Source: Fimbriosthenelais zetlandica (lineage: Eukaryota). From it: a stretch of DNA of 64,000 bases. Positions 28,040-41,623 of the stretch are shown in pieces (within the stretch, counting starts at the first letter, position 1; every line of letters starts with the position of its first letter). Where the stretch lies: contig OZ365112.1 in NCBI GenBank assembly GCA_977030845.1, positions 18,414,001 through 18,478,000 of the forward strand, written 5' to 3'. The position numbers were made by a program, and so were the translations under genes. The notes under the pieces were generated by a model. It did no database searches. It was not told the DNA's origin and saw nothing but the letters and a program-made list of their open reading frames with translations.

Positions 28040-28205
28040 AGGCCGCCATGTTTTTCCAAGATGTTGGACTAGTCAATCATAATGAAGGATATAGTTCCGG
28101 TCCTTTCCACTAGAGGGCCACCTTTGCAGATTTAGCAAGCAGAAATTAGTGACCTCTGATTGGTCAGAGTTGATCAGTAACACAGAAAACGTCACTTCCT
28201 GGTGC
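28040..28205 (-). promoter_or_regulatory. Housekeeping-type promoter motif cluster inside the upstream intron
   Basis: GCCGCCATGTT (YY1, 28042-28052), TTCCGG (ETS, about 28095), CCACTAGAGGGCCA (CTCF-like, 28107-28120), CTGATTGGTCAG (NF-Y, 28156-28167) and ACGTCACTTCCTGG (ETS-CRE composite, 28189-28202), all within 165 bp. Confidence 0.55.
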
Positions 28206-30270
28206 GATATAGCATAGATGGGCATAAAATTCTAAGAGAGTAGCCTACAGTTCAAATGCTTATGTTCAAGTTCTTATGTAACGGTTTCATCGCTTTAAGT
28301 ATTTTTACTGTGACTAAGAATGATAGTGTTTCAGGGAGTATATAGCCGGAGTAAAGTTATCTAGCAGAGCCATGTTTGATGTGAGGCATACCGTCCCAAG
28401 ATCCCAAAGCCTGACCTCGGACCTCCTCCCACATCTGAAATCAATGATCTGGGAATTTTCACAAATTTGAGATTGATCCCGAGCACATTTGCACCCGGAG
28501 GAGGAAGGAGCAAATCGGGGCGTGGGGGGTACGTAGGTAGAGAGGTATGGAGTGAGCGAGGCAGGAAAATCTGCAGTCGATAATTTCAGCACAAGGGGGA
28601 GGAGAAAGAAAGAAAGAAAGCCAGACCACCTCAATAGTGAGAGCCACTAATGTAGAACTCGAGTGCTGAGAGTGAAAGATTATGAAACATACAGTTAGTG
28701 CAGGTATGACGAGTCCAGTGCTTCTAAACACCCTCCCACCTCTTAATGTTAATACACATATAAGAGATGGGCAAAAACACGTTAGAGATTTCATCATCCC
28801 ATTTGGTGAAACTTATAAGATACTTGATCCGGCCAGCAGGCAGGCTGTTTACATTGGGTTGGAAGTCTTTGTTTTTGCTGGTTGGGAACAAAGAGGTTAA
28901 GTCTCCTGTGAACATTACGCAGGCTGGGTAATGTGACAAGCGGGGAGAGGTTGGTTGAAGGTCTGAGATATGGAGAGAGGTGAGGGTAACTAGTATATCA
29001 AATATCATCTCCTATATGGCGGGGTAAAGGATGCCAATCACCCATACTTCAGGTAGCCCTCTTATAGCCCACTCAAAAGCTTCCAAGGCTGGCGGTGTTA
29101 GGTTACTTTCAGATGTGGTAATAAAAGTCAAAAAACTCCACGCTACATGTCTCCTAGTAATAAGTGTAAGTATGATGCAATGGAGTTCAGCCTTAGGACT
29201 AAACCTTAATGACATTGAGAGAGAAGAGGAGAGGTGAGTGAGAGAAACAGAATAATGAAAATTAATGCCCTAGGCCACTATCTTATAAGTGTCATTTATC
29301 TGAAAGGCTGCAAGTTTCATTGAACCGAAGTAATTTCAAAAGGGTATGATATATTTTTTTCTCAGGAAAAAATGGCATATCAGCTTGGTTTTGCTATAAA
29401 ATGATGTAAACATCAAATTCAATACGGCATAACGTCGCATAGCATTGGTATTTTCCATACTTCAAAGCATTTTCTACACCAATGCTAGCTGTGAATATAT
29501 TTTAACCATCAGAGGTAATACATGATTGCACATGGTCTTCTCTAATTCATGGATGCTCGCCTGTATAACATGTAGAGGGGAAGGGGTGGATGGGGCTGCA
29601 TGGAGGAGGGGATGAGTCACCAAGGCAACGAGAATCACTATGGCAACCTTGCTAGTGAGGAGCCAGCTGAGTGATTTCAACACGGCCCTACGTTCAACCT
29701 GTCCTGGCAACTGTTTAATCTTTGGTGTTAAGCATTAGATAAGCTTAAATGGAGTCAGAATGTCGAGACGGACATTATTCTTCCACTCTCAGCCTCTCCC
29801 AGAAGGCAAGAAATAAATACAAACGGTCATAAAAAGCCCACCAACAGGCATTTTCATTATCTTTCGGAAAATGCACAGAAAAAAACTATTCCTAGACCTC
29901 ATGGATGTCGGCTCAGTGAATCTAGTTCATACCTAATGTGTATTTCTATGTCTTATCCTTAAATAGGATTACGGTTTCTGTCTAATCAACAAGTATTGAT
30001 AAATAGACAACGCTTAGGGGATTGGAGGCGGACTGTAGGCTATATCAGTGCACTGGCAATGTCCCCTGTGGAATATGACTGATAATAAAATATGTGCCGA
30101 GAATATTTTTTAAAGACATCATCTCAATCTAGGCCATCGTTTAGAGAGTAAGACACTCGTCTTCCACCTCGAGCAGCACTTAATATTTTTCCTCTCCAAC
30201 TCGATGACTCACAACAATCATGGCGGAGGGGATTCAGTAGCAGGAGACCTGAAAACGTCACTCGCTCATT

Positions 30271-30360
30271 CCCTTTGATGTTAGTGTGGCTCTTGGCCGG
30301 TGGCGGCAGCACCTGTAGTGGCGGCCCCTGTTGACAGCTGTCTAAAGCTGCGTTTGATCC
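30271..30360. promoter_or_regulatory. Candidate bipartite Wnt response element (HMG site plus two helper sites)
   Basis: CCCTTTGATGTT 30271-30282, TGGCGGC (reverse GCCGCCA) at 30301-30307 and 30319-30325, and a weaker GTTTGATC at about 30352. Confidence 0.5.
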
Positions 30361-33300
30361 GCGGATCCAAAGACATCCGTACAATCAGCTGAGGGATCTA
30401 AACATGTCGGCAGAGCACGCCACCGTCGGCAAAACCTGAAACTACTCATCCCTAATCTTTCAGTGGAGAATTAATATGTATATTTTTCCATCTGTTAATG
30501 AAACGTAGACTGACATGACTTGCAAAGGGCTTGAGGGTATAACATTATTAAGGGTTTAGTTTAATTCTTCAATATCATATGGTATCAGGTGGTATTCCAG
30601 TGATATCTGGCGACACCCACACCCCTGTTAATTCATAGGAGGATTCACTGGTCAATGCTGATCAAGCACAGATAATCACTCTAGTCACCAGAGAGGGGCA
30701 GTATTAGGCAGATTAGTGAAGAGTCAATCTTTGTTTACACTAGAAACTATGTGGAAATAGTGAGTCAACCTGAATGCCACCCACTTGTAAATATTCCAGG
30801 TCTGAAGCAAGATCAAAACAGGATGGATACATACATTATGTATGTTATGATTGGACCAAAATACAACCACAGTGACAAAAGTTACCACTTTCCCCATTTC
30901 ACGGTGAATAATAGGGCAACAGGATTTGATAAAAGGAAATTGTTGGACATAAATATTATACTTTCTTTTGTAGTAAAGGCCGCATCATTAATCTAGATCT
31001 GTTTAACTATTTGGGAGCGTGATAACATGATGGGGATAAATATGAGGCAGGTAGAAGCTACATGAATCCAGGTAGATGGAGGTGGGGAGAGCCAAGATAG
31101 AGTGCTTCCATATAAATAGTGAACAACAGTGGTAGGGTACATTCCAGCATATCACACACAATGACCAGGAGTCGTGTTGTTAGCCCTAGAATTCCTGATA
31201 TCACTCAGCCCCTGCACCCAACCCCATCAGCCGTATGCAACAGCACAATGTAATGGGTCCTTTATGAAGTGGCCACTATGGACAGATGAAAGGGCGCTGA
31301 CAATGGTCAGCTGGGCTGCTTCCACCTCGCTTGACCGCTGCCTGATGTGGTCAATGGAGGAGTGGTCACTCGGTGCAATATGGAAGCTGGCCAAGAGAGG
31401 TGACTGAGTGTGTGAGCGAGTGAGTGAATGAGTGAGGCTGGTGGGACGTGAATGTTACTGGTAGTGGAGGGTGGGTCGGGGGTAGATACACCTCAATCAC
31501 CATGAAAGCCACTCACATATTTCACCTCTACCAATAATGAGGTGAAATATCAAAAGCACTCATTTTAATTGAGCTTTTTAACCACAAAGTGACTATATGG
31601 ACATGACTTATATTTATTAAATTCCATTTCTTTTCCTTCATGAGTAAAAACCAGTGTGATATAATCTCATGGATTTTTCGTCAGACTCTCTGTTCGGAGT
31701 GTGCTGCGGGATGGTTGTGGAAAAGCTTTTTGGTCCAGGTGGGGAAGAGTTTTTTTTCTGTGAAATTCTAGGAACTATATTCCTCCCCATTAATCCATGA
31801 AGCAGTGACACTCTAATGTCAAGTTTGTGAAATAAAATGAATGAAATATCAGATATCAGAGCAAATGGAGGTGAAATTCATTGGTTTAATTTATGAAGTC
31901 GCCATAATAACCATTCAAAAGGTCATGTCAGCTGAACAGGAACAAAGAGAGGCCACGGGCCAAACTGACGTCGGCGACCGTTAAGACCTCCTCAGGCAGT
32001 CTCTCAACACATTTCATTGGACACATAATGAATTGGCCATTTTGAATTGTCACAACACTGGAGGCTAGTACCTTATGATGACTAAATTCCCTTTCATAAG
32101 CAGACTCGCCGAGTCATTTGGTCAGGCGCAAGAGGCTGATTTAAGGCGCGTGAACTTTTGGCATAATATTGACTCGAAATGTGGATAAGATACTAAATCT
32201 TTCGGCAAATATCGCCACACAATGCGATTCACACTTTTCCCTATTGTGAGGCGACAGATGGGGGTGAAAACCCAACAGCTCTTCCCAGGGAAAGGAAATT
32301 ATCAGCCCTCTTTTTATTCATGGAATATCTTAGAGTGTTTGTTCAAGTAATTGCATGCGTTTTTCTTCTTTGTATTATTCTAGAGGCTTCACTGTCAACT
32401 CCTCAGCGATGGGCTCGCGACGCAGACGGAGAGAAAATACAAGGAGTTATTTTTCACCTCTTTACTTTTTTCTGGCCATCGCTCAAAGTGGGGGACGTCT
32501 TATGTATGAATTAATGGTACATATACTCAGACGGGCCACGTCCTTCGCCCCCGATACACCCACTTGGGTGTTTTTTTTCTGACACTTACTCCGTATCTCA
32601 TTCCATATATGATCATATCTCACTCTATCTGTAACGCTGCACGCCTCTTCTATATCGCATCCCATCTTACATGACAGTTACCTTTTCTTCCCTCAAAGGA
32701 AAACATCAATTTCCCGGCCATGTTTCTTGTACAAGTAGACACATAATGCTTGGACGGCCTCTCTCTCAGGCCCACTTAGGGGTATTGACATAAGTTGGAG
32801 ACATATCCAAACTGTCAATCTTGATCATGAACGACACCCGTTTCTCGACATGGATCTAAAATCCAGGCTTGGAGTGAGATATGGGTAGAGTCCCATATCC
32901 TATATTCTGTAGCTACTACTATACGATGCCAGACGCACGACTCCTATTGCCTTTACACTATAGCGATCTGGCGCGAACAGTCACAGCCCAGACCCACTGA
33001 GTGTTTGGAAACAATAAACAGTTGCCAGCAAGTCACTCCTCCCATGTCATTTGGAAATCTAAACATTTCCTCGACTGGTGGCGATCATATTTTGTCGGCG
33101 GCGACCTATGAAAAGCATGGAGGTGAGAGACCAAGGAGGGTGAGTGTGTAGAGGGGAGGCTGGAGGGGGGTAGGAGGGGACGGATAAAGAAGTTATGTAA
33201 AAGACTGGGCTGGGGAGCAGAGAAAGTTTTTAAAAAGCTTTGTTCCATTGGAGAATGGTTGAAGAAATGAAGTGTGTTGTTACACCAGTAACATGGAGGG

Positions 33301-33684
33301 AGGTGACAGCTTTAAGTGTTTACCCCGCACAAAAAGGTCGAGGTATTACAAGGTCGGGGGCAAGTCATCTAGAATCCTGCTTTTTAACATTAAAAGCTAA
33401 AACAGGATATTAACTGTTGGTTAAAAGGTAACCTTTGTCAATAATAGTGCTTTCTTGGCACCTAGATGTGATCCCTCTGAGGCACATAACAAGTAGGAGC
33501 GTCACGCCTCCATTCCTTCTACACAACCTATCAAATTCACATGGATGTGTTCGCGAAGAGAATTTTCAGCAAGAAAATAGTAAATGTTGGTGGAAAAGGG
33601 TATTTGAATGTGGCCATGGAATGGGTGAGTGGCTAGCCACGTGGGTGGACTGCTAACCAGGTGCTACGACTAGCAACTGTGCCG

Positions 33685-33705
33685 ACATCAAAGGGAGGAG
33701 GCGGC
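33685..33705. promoter_or_regulatory. Candidate bipartite Wnt response element
   Basis: ACATCAAAGG 33685-33694, followed 4 bp later by AGGCGGC 33699-33705. Confidence 0.45.
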
Positions 33706-33796
33706 TCTACTGGGAGTCGCGGATCCAACATTAGATCCCAACGCCAGGCACAAGTCAAACGTGAATGATTAGCCTTCCTACCACTAACTAGGAGAA

Positions 33797-33870
33797 AAGA
33801 GATGGATGGATGGGTCTGAGCGATAGAGAGATGATGAATGGTGGGATGTATGGATGTTGGATGTATACAG
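33797..33870 (+). repeat. Degenerate (GATG)n-like low-complexity tract
   Basis: gagatggatggatggg...gatgatgaatggtgggatgtatggatgttggatg. Confidence 0.5.
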
Positions 33871-34573
33871 AGATGCGAGATAAAGGATGCTGAGGAATTC
33901 AAGATGTAAAAGTGAATGGTCAACACAGAAGGTGCGATTGATGGTTGGATGAATTCCTCATAAATGTCGAAGCATATTAATTCATCCTTCTGTTGCTTAC
34001 TTTTCAAGATATTCTACGTTAAGGCTGTAATAATATTTATAAAAGTACAGTTGATGGATATTAAAACATCATTCCAAAGAGGACCACTATAAAGACAGCA
34101 GTCAATAATACCATGTCAATGAACAACTAATAACATGCCAGCCTCACGTAATCAGATCAACCAGGGTGCAATCCCTCATCACTCTATTTTCTCCTCATTG
34201 GAAAAGTAACAAAAATGATGGCAGTAAAACAATATTGGCCATCCTAGCGTGTGAAACCTACATATTACCCAGTTCACATAAACCACATGTATAATGTGGG
34301 CCACAAAAAGTGTGCTCTACTGACCCAGAAAGTCCCTGGCAACCGGATTTTTACAAGAAGATACAGTGATTTGCTCGTATCAATTATCACTGGGTCTTTA
34401 TCATGGCAGCCTGCCTGCACCACCCTGCACCTATTCTAGATCTCCCCTCTTCTTTCTCTCTGATAATCTCACGAGACAGATAATGCAACCTTATTAGAGA
34501 AGGGTCTTAATTATACCCCCTCTTTTTTTATCTAAATGATACTAATGCACCTCTGTTCCCGGAGCGTTCTGAG

Positions 34574-34590
34574 AAACAAACAAACAAACA
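34574..34590 (+). repeat. (AAAC)4 microsatellite
   Basis: aaacaaacaaacaaaca. Confidence 0.7.
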
Positions 34591-36399
34591 GGCTCGGCAT
34601 CTGATAACCTCCACTTTTTGGAGCGCTTAAAAGCCTATTTAGGAGCGCAGGCGAGCAGTAGTATCGGGTCTAGGATTACACAAGTGTTCAGTCCAATTAG
34701 GTCGTTCAATTAGGGATTGGGGACATTGCTGAGCGGGCGTGTGTAGCACAAGGGGATGAAGAGAGCATGGTCGAACGGGCAAGCATCGTATAATTTCCCA
34801 TCTTGAGCTGGTGTGAAGGTGGAGAGCTCCATTTTCAAGCCTGCAGCTCATTCTATCCCCCTCCCTCAGGGCTCGGATCCTTCGTACCAGGGGTGGTGAT
34901 CATGCCAACCCCCCACCCTGTTCCTCAATAGATCCTTAGTGGAAAGAATGGAGGAGGAGGGGGTGAAAATGGGGCCGCGCCAGGCGGGGGTTAAGGGGGT
35001 GACAGTTCTCACCCTCCTGTCTTTTGTTTCGGGGTCTGACTTTCTTGTCAGCACTTAGAACTTGGCATGTTGGCAGCACTATATTTTACACCCTACTTTT
35101 TGCCCGATATAGGCTACACAATCCCAAAAATCTGTAGTATTTATAAATCAAAATACCCATAATACCAAATGAGACATCATTGTGGAAGGCAGTCAAGTGC
35201 TGATCTACCAAAACAGGATTTACATTGATATCCATAAAGAGAAATTAATAGTTGTATAGAACTTAAAGAGCATGACCTTATTTAACGGGATCAGGCATGA
35301 CTCGGCCTGCAGGACCTGAGCCCAGGATTTCTATGACCCTCTCCGCCCGTCTGGCCCGCGTCCAGGATCAGGCGTCAATAAAAACACACTGCTAAAATGA
35401 TGCCAGGAATTCCAACTATCCTTATGACACAGACGTGGCGTCATGTCATGTTATGGTAGGGGCATCCACCAGATACAATACGAGCGTGACTCAAAAAAAG
35501 CTCTGGTCTGTTCAAGGCATAAAGGCTGCTCCATATCTGAGTTAATTCTGTGGTAGGTTTCTACATTCTGGCGGTGCTAGTTTGACAGTGCACAGAGGGC
35601 AATGATCATTAGCATGCTCTACATGCTAAAAGGAAAAGGTCATGTCCGAGAACGCTTCAACACTTGCATTAATTCAACCACCCTCACCCTATCGTCTTAA
35701 TGTGTTCACCAACGTCACTCTAGGGACCAGCGACACTGGCTACGTCATGACGTCCAAGATTGAATGTCTGGTCATCACGGGGTCAGAATACTAGGGTAAT
35801 TTTCACCATGGAGCGTTCTAGAGTTTATATAGATTTATTTAGTATAAAATGATATATGGGACTTGAAACAGTGGATGAATGTTGTACAGAGGTGGTTGGG
35901 TGTCCTAAGAATGTGTTGTATTGAGTGAATGGTAGATTCATCAGGCAACACAAAGAGCTATTCGGGTGTCCATTTCAACGGTGACTTTTTAAAAACAGCT
36001 TCTATGTTTACGACCGGAGTGTTTTAAGAGGGCAGCTACTTTCTGTTCCTCTTAGCAGTCCAGGTCAGTAATCCGACAGCGTCAGTAATGTTATACTATT
36101 CATAACATATTCTGAAAGAGAGCTGGGTTTTAAGGTTCTAAGGGGCTGAGAGATTATTAAAAGGGGGTGATAATTAGCTTGCCATACGGGCTCATCCGTG
36201 TCCACAACGAAGGACCTGTTGGTAACTGTATGCATAAAGGGCATTAGCCCTGAGGGCCTTAAAGGGCTTTAGCAGATTCATGTTTGGAGGGGAACAATAA
36301 CCCATAGGCCAGGAACATTCCAAGACCAGGGTCCCAAATGACAGAGAGCAGACACAAAAGGCGCTGTCCCCACTATTGCATTGATGTGGACCAGTTGCC

Positions 36400-36960
36400 C
36401 ATGGACGTGTTGATTAAGACCACTCATAGGGGGCGCTAGCCAAATATGTATGGCGAGAAACAGCGGCGTGAGAGTGGTAAAGCCAATGTACAGAAGAAAT
36501 GGGCGAAAACTCAACTTCACGCCAACAATGGGGACATTAGATCGATAGGAGCTGCTCGAAAGGCGAGCAGATTGTGATAAAAGCCAGACTGCTTTCTTGT
36601 CCGCCTGTCCGTGAAGGAACTGATGCATTGGGAAATAATTGTAGGGACTGATGTGTAGGCTAGAATCGAGGGCTGATAACCAGCCGTGTCTTGAAAATGG
36701 CGCGATAGGTTTACATTAGATACGGGCGAGCCATGCATGCTTACTGAGACTAATGACTTAAATCAAACACAAACACGGCTCAGGCCGCCTTGTGGCCCCG
36801 GCAAAAGTCGATGCTTGTCTGAAAATTCCAACAAGGACATGTCAAACTCGAGACAAACGCGGGAATTAGCTCAATAGTGGAGCGCGTCAGTTTTTGAAAC
36901 AAATGCTTCCCGCCCCCGCCCCTCAGGCTGCGGGCGGGATGCACAAATCCGGGCCGTGCA
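36400..36960. promoter_or_regulatory. CpG-rich island with YY1 and GC-box motifs
   Basis: Locally high CpG density, AAAATGGCG at 36694-36702, and tandem CCCGCCCCCGCCCC at about 36909-36922. Confidence 0.35.
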
Positions 36961-39900
36961 TGCCAATTTATCCATCATCTGGGGACAATCTCATTCTGTT
37001 TTAAAGATAAGCACCAGCAGGCCCCAGAAATAATCAGAAATTAAAATCAGCACCGCTAGGAAAGATGCAAGTCCCTAGGGACATGTTGGCCAACGAACAG
37101 AAAGGCCATTTAAATGAGAGAGAAAGGATAGAGAATGAGGGGTGGGGGGGTTCTGTGTCTCTGTTTCACCTTTAATAGATGTATTAAAGCTCCGCTCTAT
37201 GGCACTGGAGATGAACAAGACATAGGAGACACATTCATATCGATAACCTTATGCTTCCCTTCCTCATACCAGCCCAGTAGAGACGTCGGGGTAACATTAA
37301 AGACTATCTTTTTCCTCTCCGTCCTCCTCCACTTTACCTCATCCAGGTCATCTCCTCCCACCCTCTTCATCTATACCCGAGTTGCTCAGAGCCGGTAAAT
37401 CACGAGAGAGCACCTCACCTCCTGCTTTAATCCCTATAAAGATTTCTACTCTCAGGGGAGCAAACCCCACCCCCAACCCACTCCAAACATCAGGATATGG
37501 ATTGTAAGCTACTTACCCGAACAAGGAATTACGGGGGTGCCATCGACTGGAGTAGAAACAACCGCTCAGCAGAGCCATTAAAATAGCTAAATTTAATTCC
37601 TTAGTCAATGACTGGAGTCGATATGGAGACGGGGATGAGGGTAGGGAGGGGTATGTATTTGGGCTGGGTACTAGAGGCTTTCCCACATTGCTTGCTTGTA
37701 GACATGCATGCACGGGGCTGAGGGAGAGAGAAGATTAGGGAGCTGCTCCTCCAGCTCACCAACTGGAGGAGGTGAAGGGCTATTGTAATCAGGCTGAATA
37801 GGTGTATTGATTACCATTTCCGACAGAGAGTCGGCCAGTCGTTCCTGGAGGGCCTTAAGCTGTGGAGGAGGACATATATACAGGAACAAGTGCCCTCAGA
37901 TTCACTCCCGTACATGAATTCTACAGCCTTATACAGTGTCAGAGAAAGACGTCATAAGTATTACATTTGAACACATGTACATCTGCTAATCGGTATGAAT
38001 CAAATTAAGATAATTTGCCTATTTGAAACATACATGTTTAGAAGCAATTATTTCAAGTTAATATTAAAGGATCAGCAAATCATAATGACGGAACATCCAC
38101 ACCAATCGCTTCTACTCAAATGAATGCAGCGATCTTCTGACATTTTCCTGTGGGGGACATGGATACGACTGAACACCGAAGGTGAGATACGAGCTACAAC
38201 ACCCAATCTACACTCCAAGATCCATTTTACTTGGGATTACCAAGTGATTTCCTTATTAAACGTCCCATTCCCCACCCCGATCTTTTGATTCATCTCATAT
38301 TTACAAGAATCCTAAGTCAAGCAAGATTCACAGTCCACAAATATTGTCCTTGTTTTTATTTCATCGATATTTTTCTTCAGAATAGCAGAAGCGCAAACAG
38401 CCGGGCTGCTTGAGGATCTAGAGGGACTTGTTATTGCACAATGGAATGATAGCCAGTTCTGCTTTTAGCCAAACGGGCATAAGGCCCCTTCTACATAGAT
38501 CCCTGCCTTAGCCGAGCATATCATGGTGGATTAGGCGTGAGATTAGGAAGCCTTGCACCTGGGATTAAGTTGACATCATCCAAAGTACAGTGGATGATAG
38601 AGAGCTTAGGCCCGAGTCCGAGCTTCACCTGTAGATCAGAATCACGGCCCACAAAAGGGATAAGTTGGGCTGTATGAGGGGCTTATAGCACCCACGACTG
38701 GTAGGCTGGCATTGTGCACACCTGTTGGTTATATACCTGTAAACCTTCCCCAACTATATACACATCCATCCACTCTATGTCTCATAGGCCGGCTTTAAAC
38801 CAGGGTTGCGTTGCTAATTTCTGTACCTCCTTTTCTAAAGAACAAACCATATCAAAATTCCCTCATGGAATCAACCATATATCACGCAAATAATAATCGC
38901 CTTGAGGCTTGCCAACTGATTGAAAGGCCTTCTTACAGCGGCGATGTCCAATAAAGTTACTCGCAATGCAAGTTATTAATTTACCACAGAACAAGGCTTT
39001 CACTTCACTGCAATCAAATTTTGTTTCATATAGCCGATGATCCTTTATTGTCTTCAAAATAAAAACATAATGGCAAGGTAAGATTTTTACCTGTACCTTA
39101 CCTGGTGGGATATAAGGTCACACCATAATAGGCTTCGGCTATTATTTACAATGGCGTACATTTTCTTCAAAGTGATGAAATGAACAATGGTTACCTGATA
39201 CTAGAAGAATAAACCACTGATCACACTTGTCCGCCTCTCTCATCTATTCTTCTAATAGACTAACTTCTTTAGTGGACTAAAGCCACTTTTTAAACTCATA
39301 ATGAATAGATAAACGAGATCATGAAAATTGAATATCAGTCTCTTTCTTTCAAGTCAATTACCTGTTTATGACCCGAGCCTGGGCCTCCTTATCATGGTGA
39401 CTATTTTAGATGTAGAAAGATATTTCATTACAGGATAATATTGTTACCTTTCACATGTAAAGCTTTCTTCTTTTATGTGTGAAGTCAATGACAAACTCTT
39501 TGTAACTTCGCCCACAGACACAATGCCCTCCAAATGGTAATATTGATATATACACAAGGCCTGGCGAAGAGCAACTCATGGTTGAGTTGAATGAGAGAAA
39601 AGGCAGAGTTCATAAACACTACAGAAATCTACATTCATCCAAGCATGAATTTAAACGTGCGGGAATATATATCACTATAGTCTAGCTATAGCATATAGTA
39701 AACCCCGTCACATCATATTGTTATATCACAGATCAAAGAGTTAGCATTGTCCTTGTGTTGAGACAGGCAACACACCAGCCTCAGCCTTGGAGGGGTAGGT
39801 TCTGTTAGTACAGCTACACTGTCACACATATGATATTGGTAAGGGGAAGATGGTTACACCTGGAATGACCCTGGAGAGGCTTGACCTCCAATTGGGGGAT

Positions 39901-40948
39901 GACAATAGCATCACCATGGTGATACCTGGATGAATGCAGGAACAGGTGTGCACAAGGTATATTGGGCCACCTTTTAAAGAAGAAACGGGGACGATTAAAG
40001 CCGTCTCAGCAGCTGTGTATTAATAACATTGAGGTTTGAAAGAAGAACTTGTCATCATGTTGAGTCATCAAGTCTCCACTCAATTGCAGTAAAGTTAGTT
40101 GGGCAAGGCGGCCCCGCGGGTAAATCCGTGGAGACGGCAGTGACGTCCGACAGATTTAGCAACAATTAAGTGGACTCGGAGATTAGCATCTCCTCTTGAT
40201 CTCCACTACAAAAATAGCCAAACTGAAACTGATCACAGTCATGCCTGTGAGAATACTGCATGCCAAGGTCAACATTAACTTCCAATAAGTCAGCATGTCT
40301 TACAATATCTTACGCAAACTTGACTTATGACTGTTCATTTCCTAAATTCATAGGACTGAATGTGATGAATTGAACCATGAATGGGGAGATGTGAGTAGTA
40401 TATAGGAAGGGGCCGGGAAGTCGGGGATGGAATGCTGGTCGTCAGCATGGCGGTCATCCAATACTACGCAGCAAAGTAGAGTAAGATATTACGGTGATGA
40501 GGTGGCTCTATTCCGGCCAGCTCTTGTTGTGTTCATGACGAGGGAAATGTCAATGGCATGAGAGTGAGTAAGCCGCTTAAATCTAGTGTCTTCCCCATCT
40601 GCTTCATCTCTAATCGTTACCCGGGAGGATGGCCCTGCCCCCATCAGGGGAGGGGAAGAAGGTCGAGAGAAGTGGAAGGAAGGATGTGAGAGAGCTGCTA
40701 GGAATGGATGAGATGAACAGGTGCACGCTTTAGGTATACCTGTGGTGGCCCGCTTTGTTCAACATGCTCACAAAAACTGGACTTTAGTTTTGTGAAGAGA
40801 ACTGAAGTGAAACAGGAGTGGAGTAATTTAATTTGATGTCATGTATCCAGCGGCGTGAAGTCAATGTTGACTGATGTGGGACTGGGAACCCTATAAAACA
40901 CTTAGAGTGATAGGCCTATACAGAGAAACTCTCACTAATACATCTCTG

Positions 40949-40970
40949 ACAGATTAGAACAGATTAGAAC
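40949..40970 (+). repeat. 10-bp tandem duplication
   Basis: acagattaga acagattaga ac. Confidence 0.7.
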
Positions 40971-41623
40971 GTATGTGAGGAAGAATCAGAGACGAATTAA
41001 GGAATGCCATTTATGAAAAGAAATAATGACTTATTTCAAATGTCAGTTACTGTATTCCAAGGTCTTTATTCCTAGAAAGGATTAAACATAGGCTGCTCAC
41101 GTTATTTGGTATGGGTAAACACATACACATATTCAGAACAATTTTACTTTTTCAGTTGTGGATGTTACAGGACTGTATGGAAATATGAAACTGAAAATAT
41201 CCAGAGCGCATGACCTTTACAACCATAATACAAAATCTAACAAGCCGCATTACTGGAAGTGCCGAGGAAAAAGTTGAACAAAAGCGATTGATATCAATCA
41301 GAAAGATTAAGAGACGCACCATTACTTCGCCACATTAGCAAGAAGGGACGCAGACAGGGGAAAAAGATGGAAACATGAAGAAAAGTTGAGACTTGGCCAT
41401 TGAAGAACGAAATAAGGAGAGTAATTTATGCAACACGGTATACAACAGGCTAATAAAACAGATTTTTCCAGAAACAGGCACCTGATGTCTGTGGCATTCA
41501 TCAGGGTTGTGAGAGGGGGGTAAGACAGGCCTGTCACCCTGTACACAGCTATTAACCTGAGCTGCTCACCCTGCCTTTGTGTCCTGCTCACCTCCTGTCG
41601 TTCTCCATATTGCAGCGCATGTC

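Noticed and set aside
31264-31281. ORF peptide MKWPL resembling the vertebrate TCF7L2 exon YLQMKWPLL
   Set aside because: It is on the plus strand, opposite to the TCF exon; the flanks do not match and it lacks exon boundaries.
39185-39215. Second possible ratchet point (TATCAG|GTAACC)
   Set aside because: A competing AG lies 6 nt upstream and the donor is weaker; treated instead under the cassette-exon finding.
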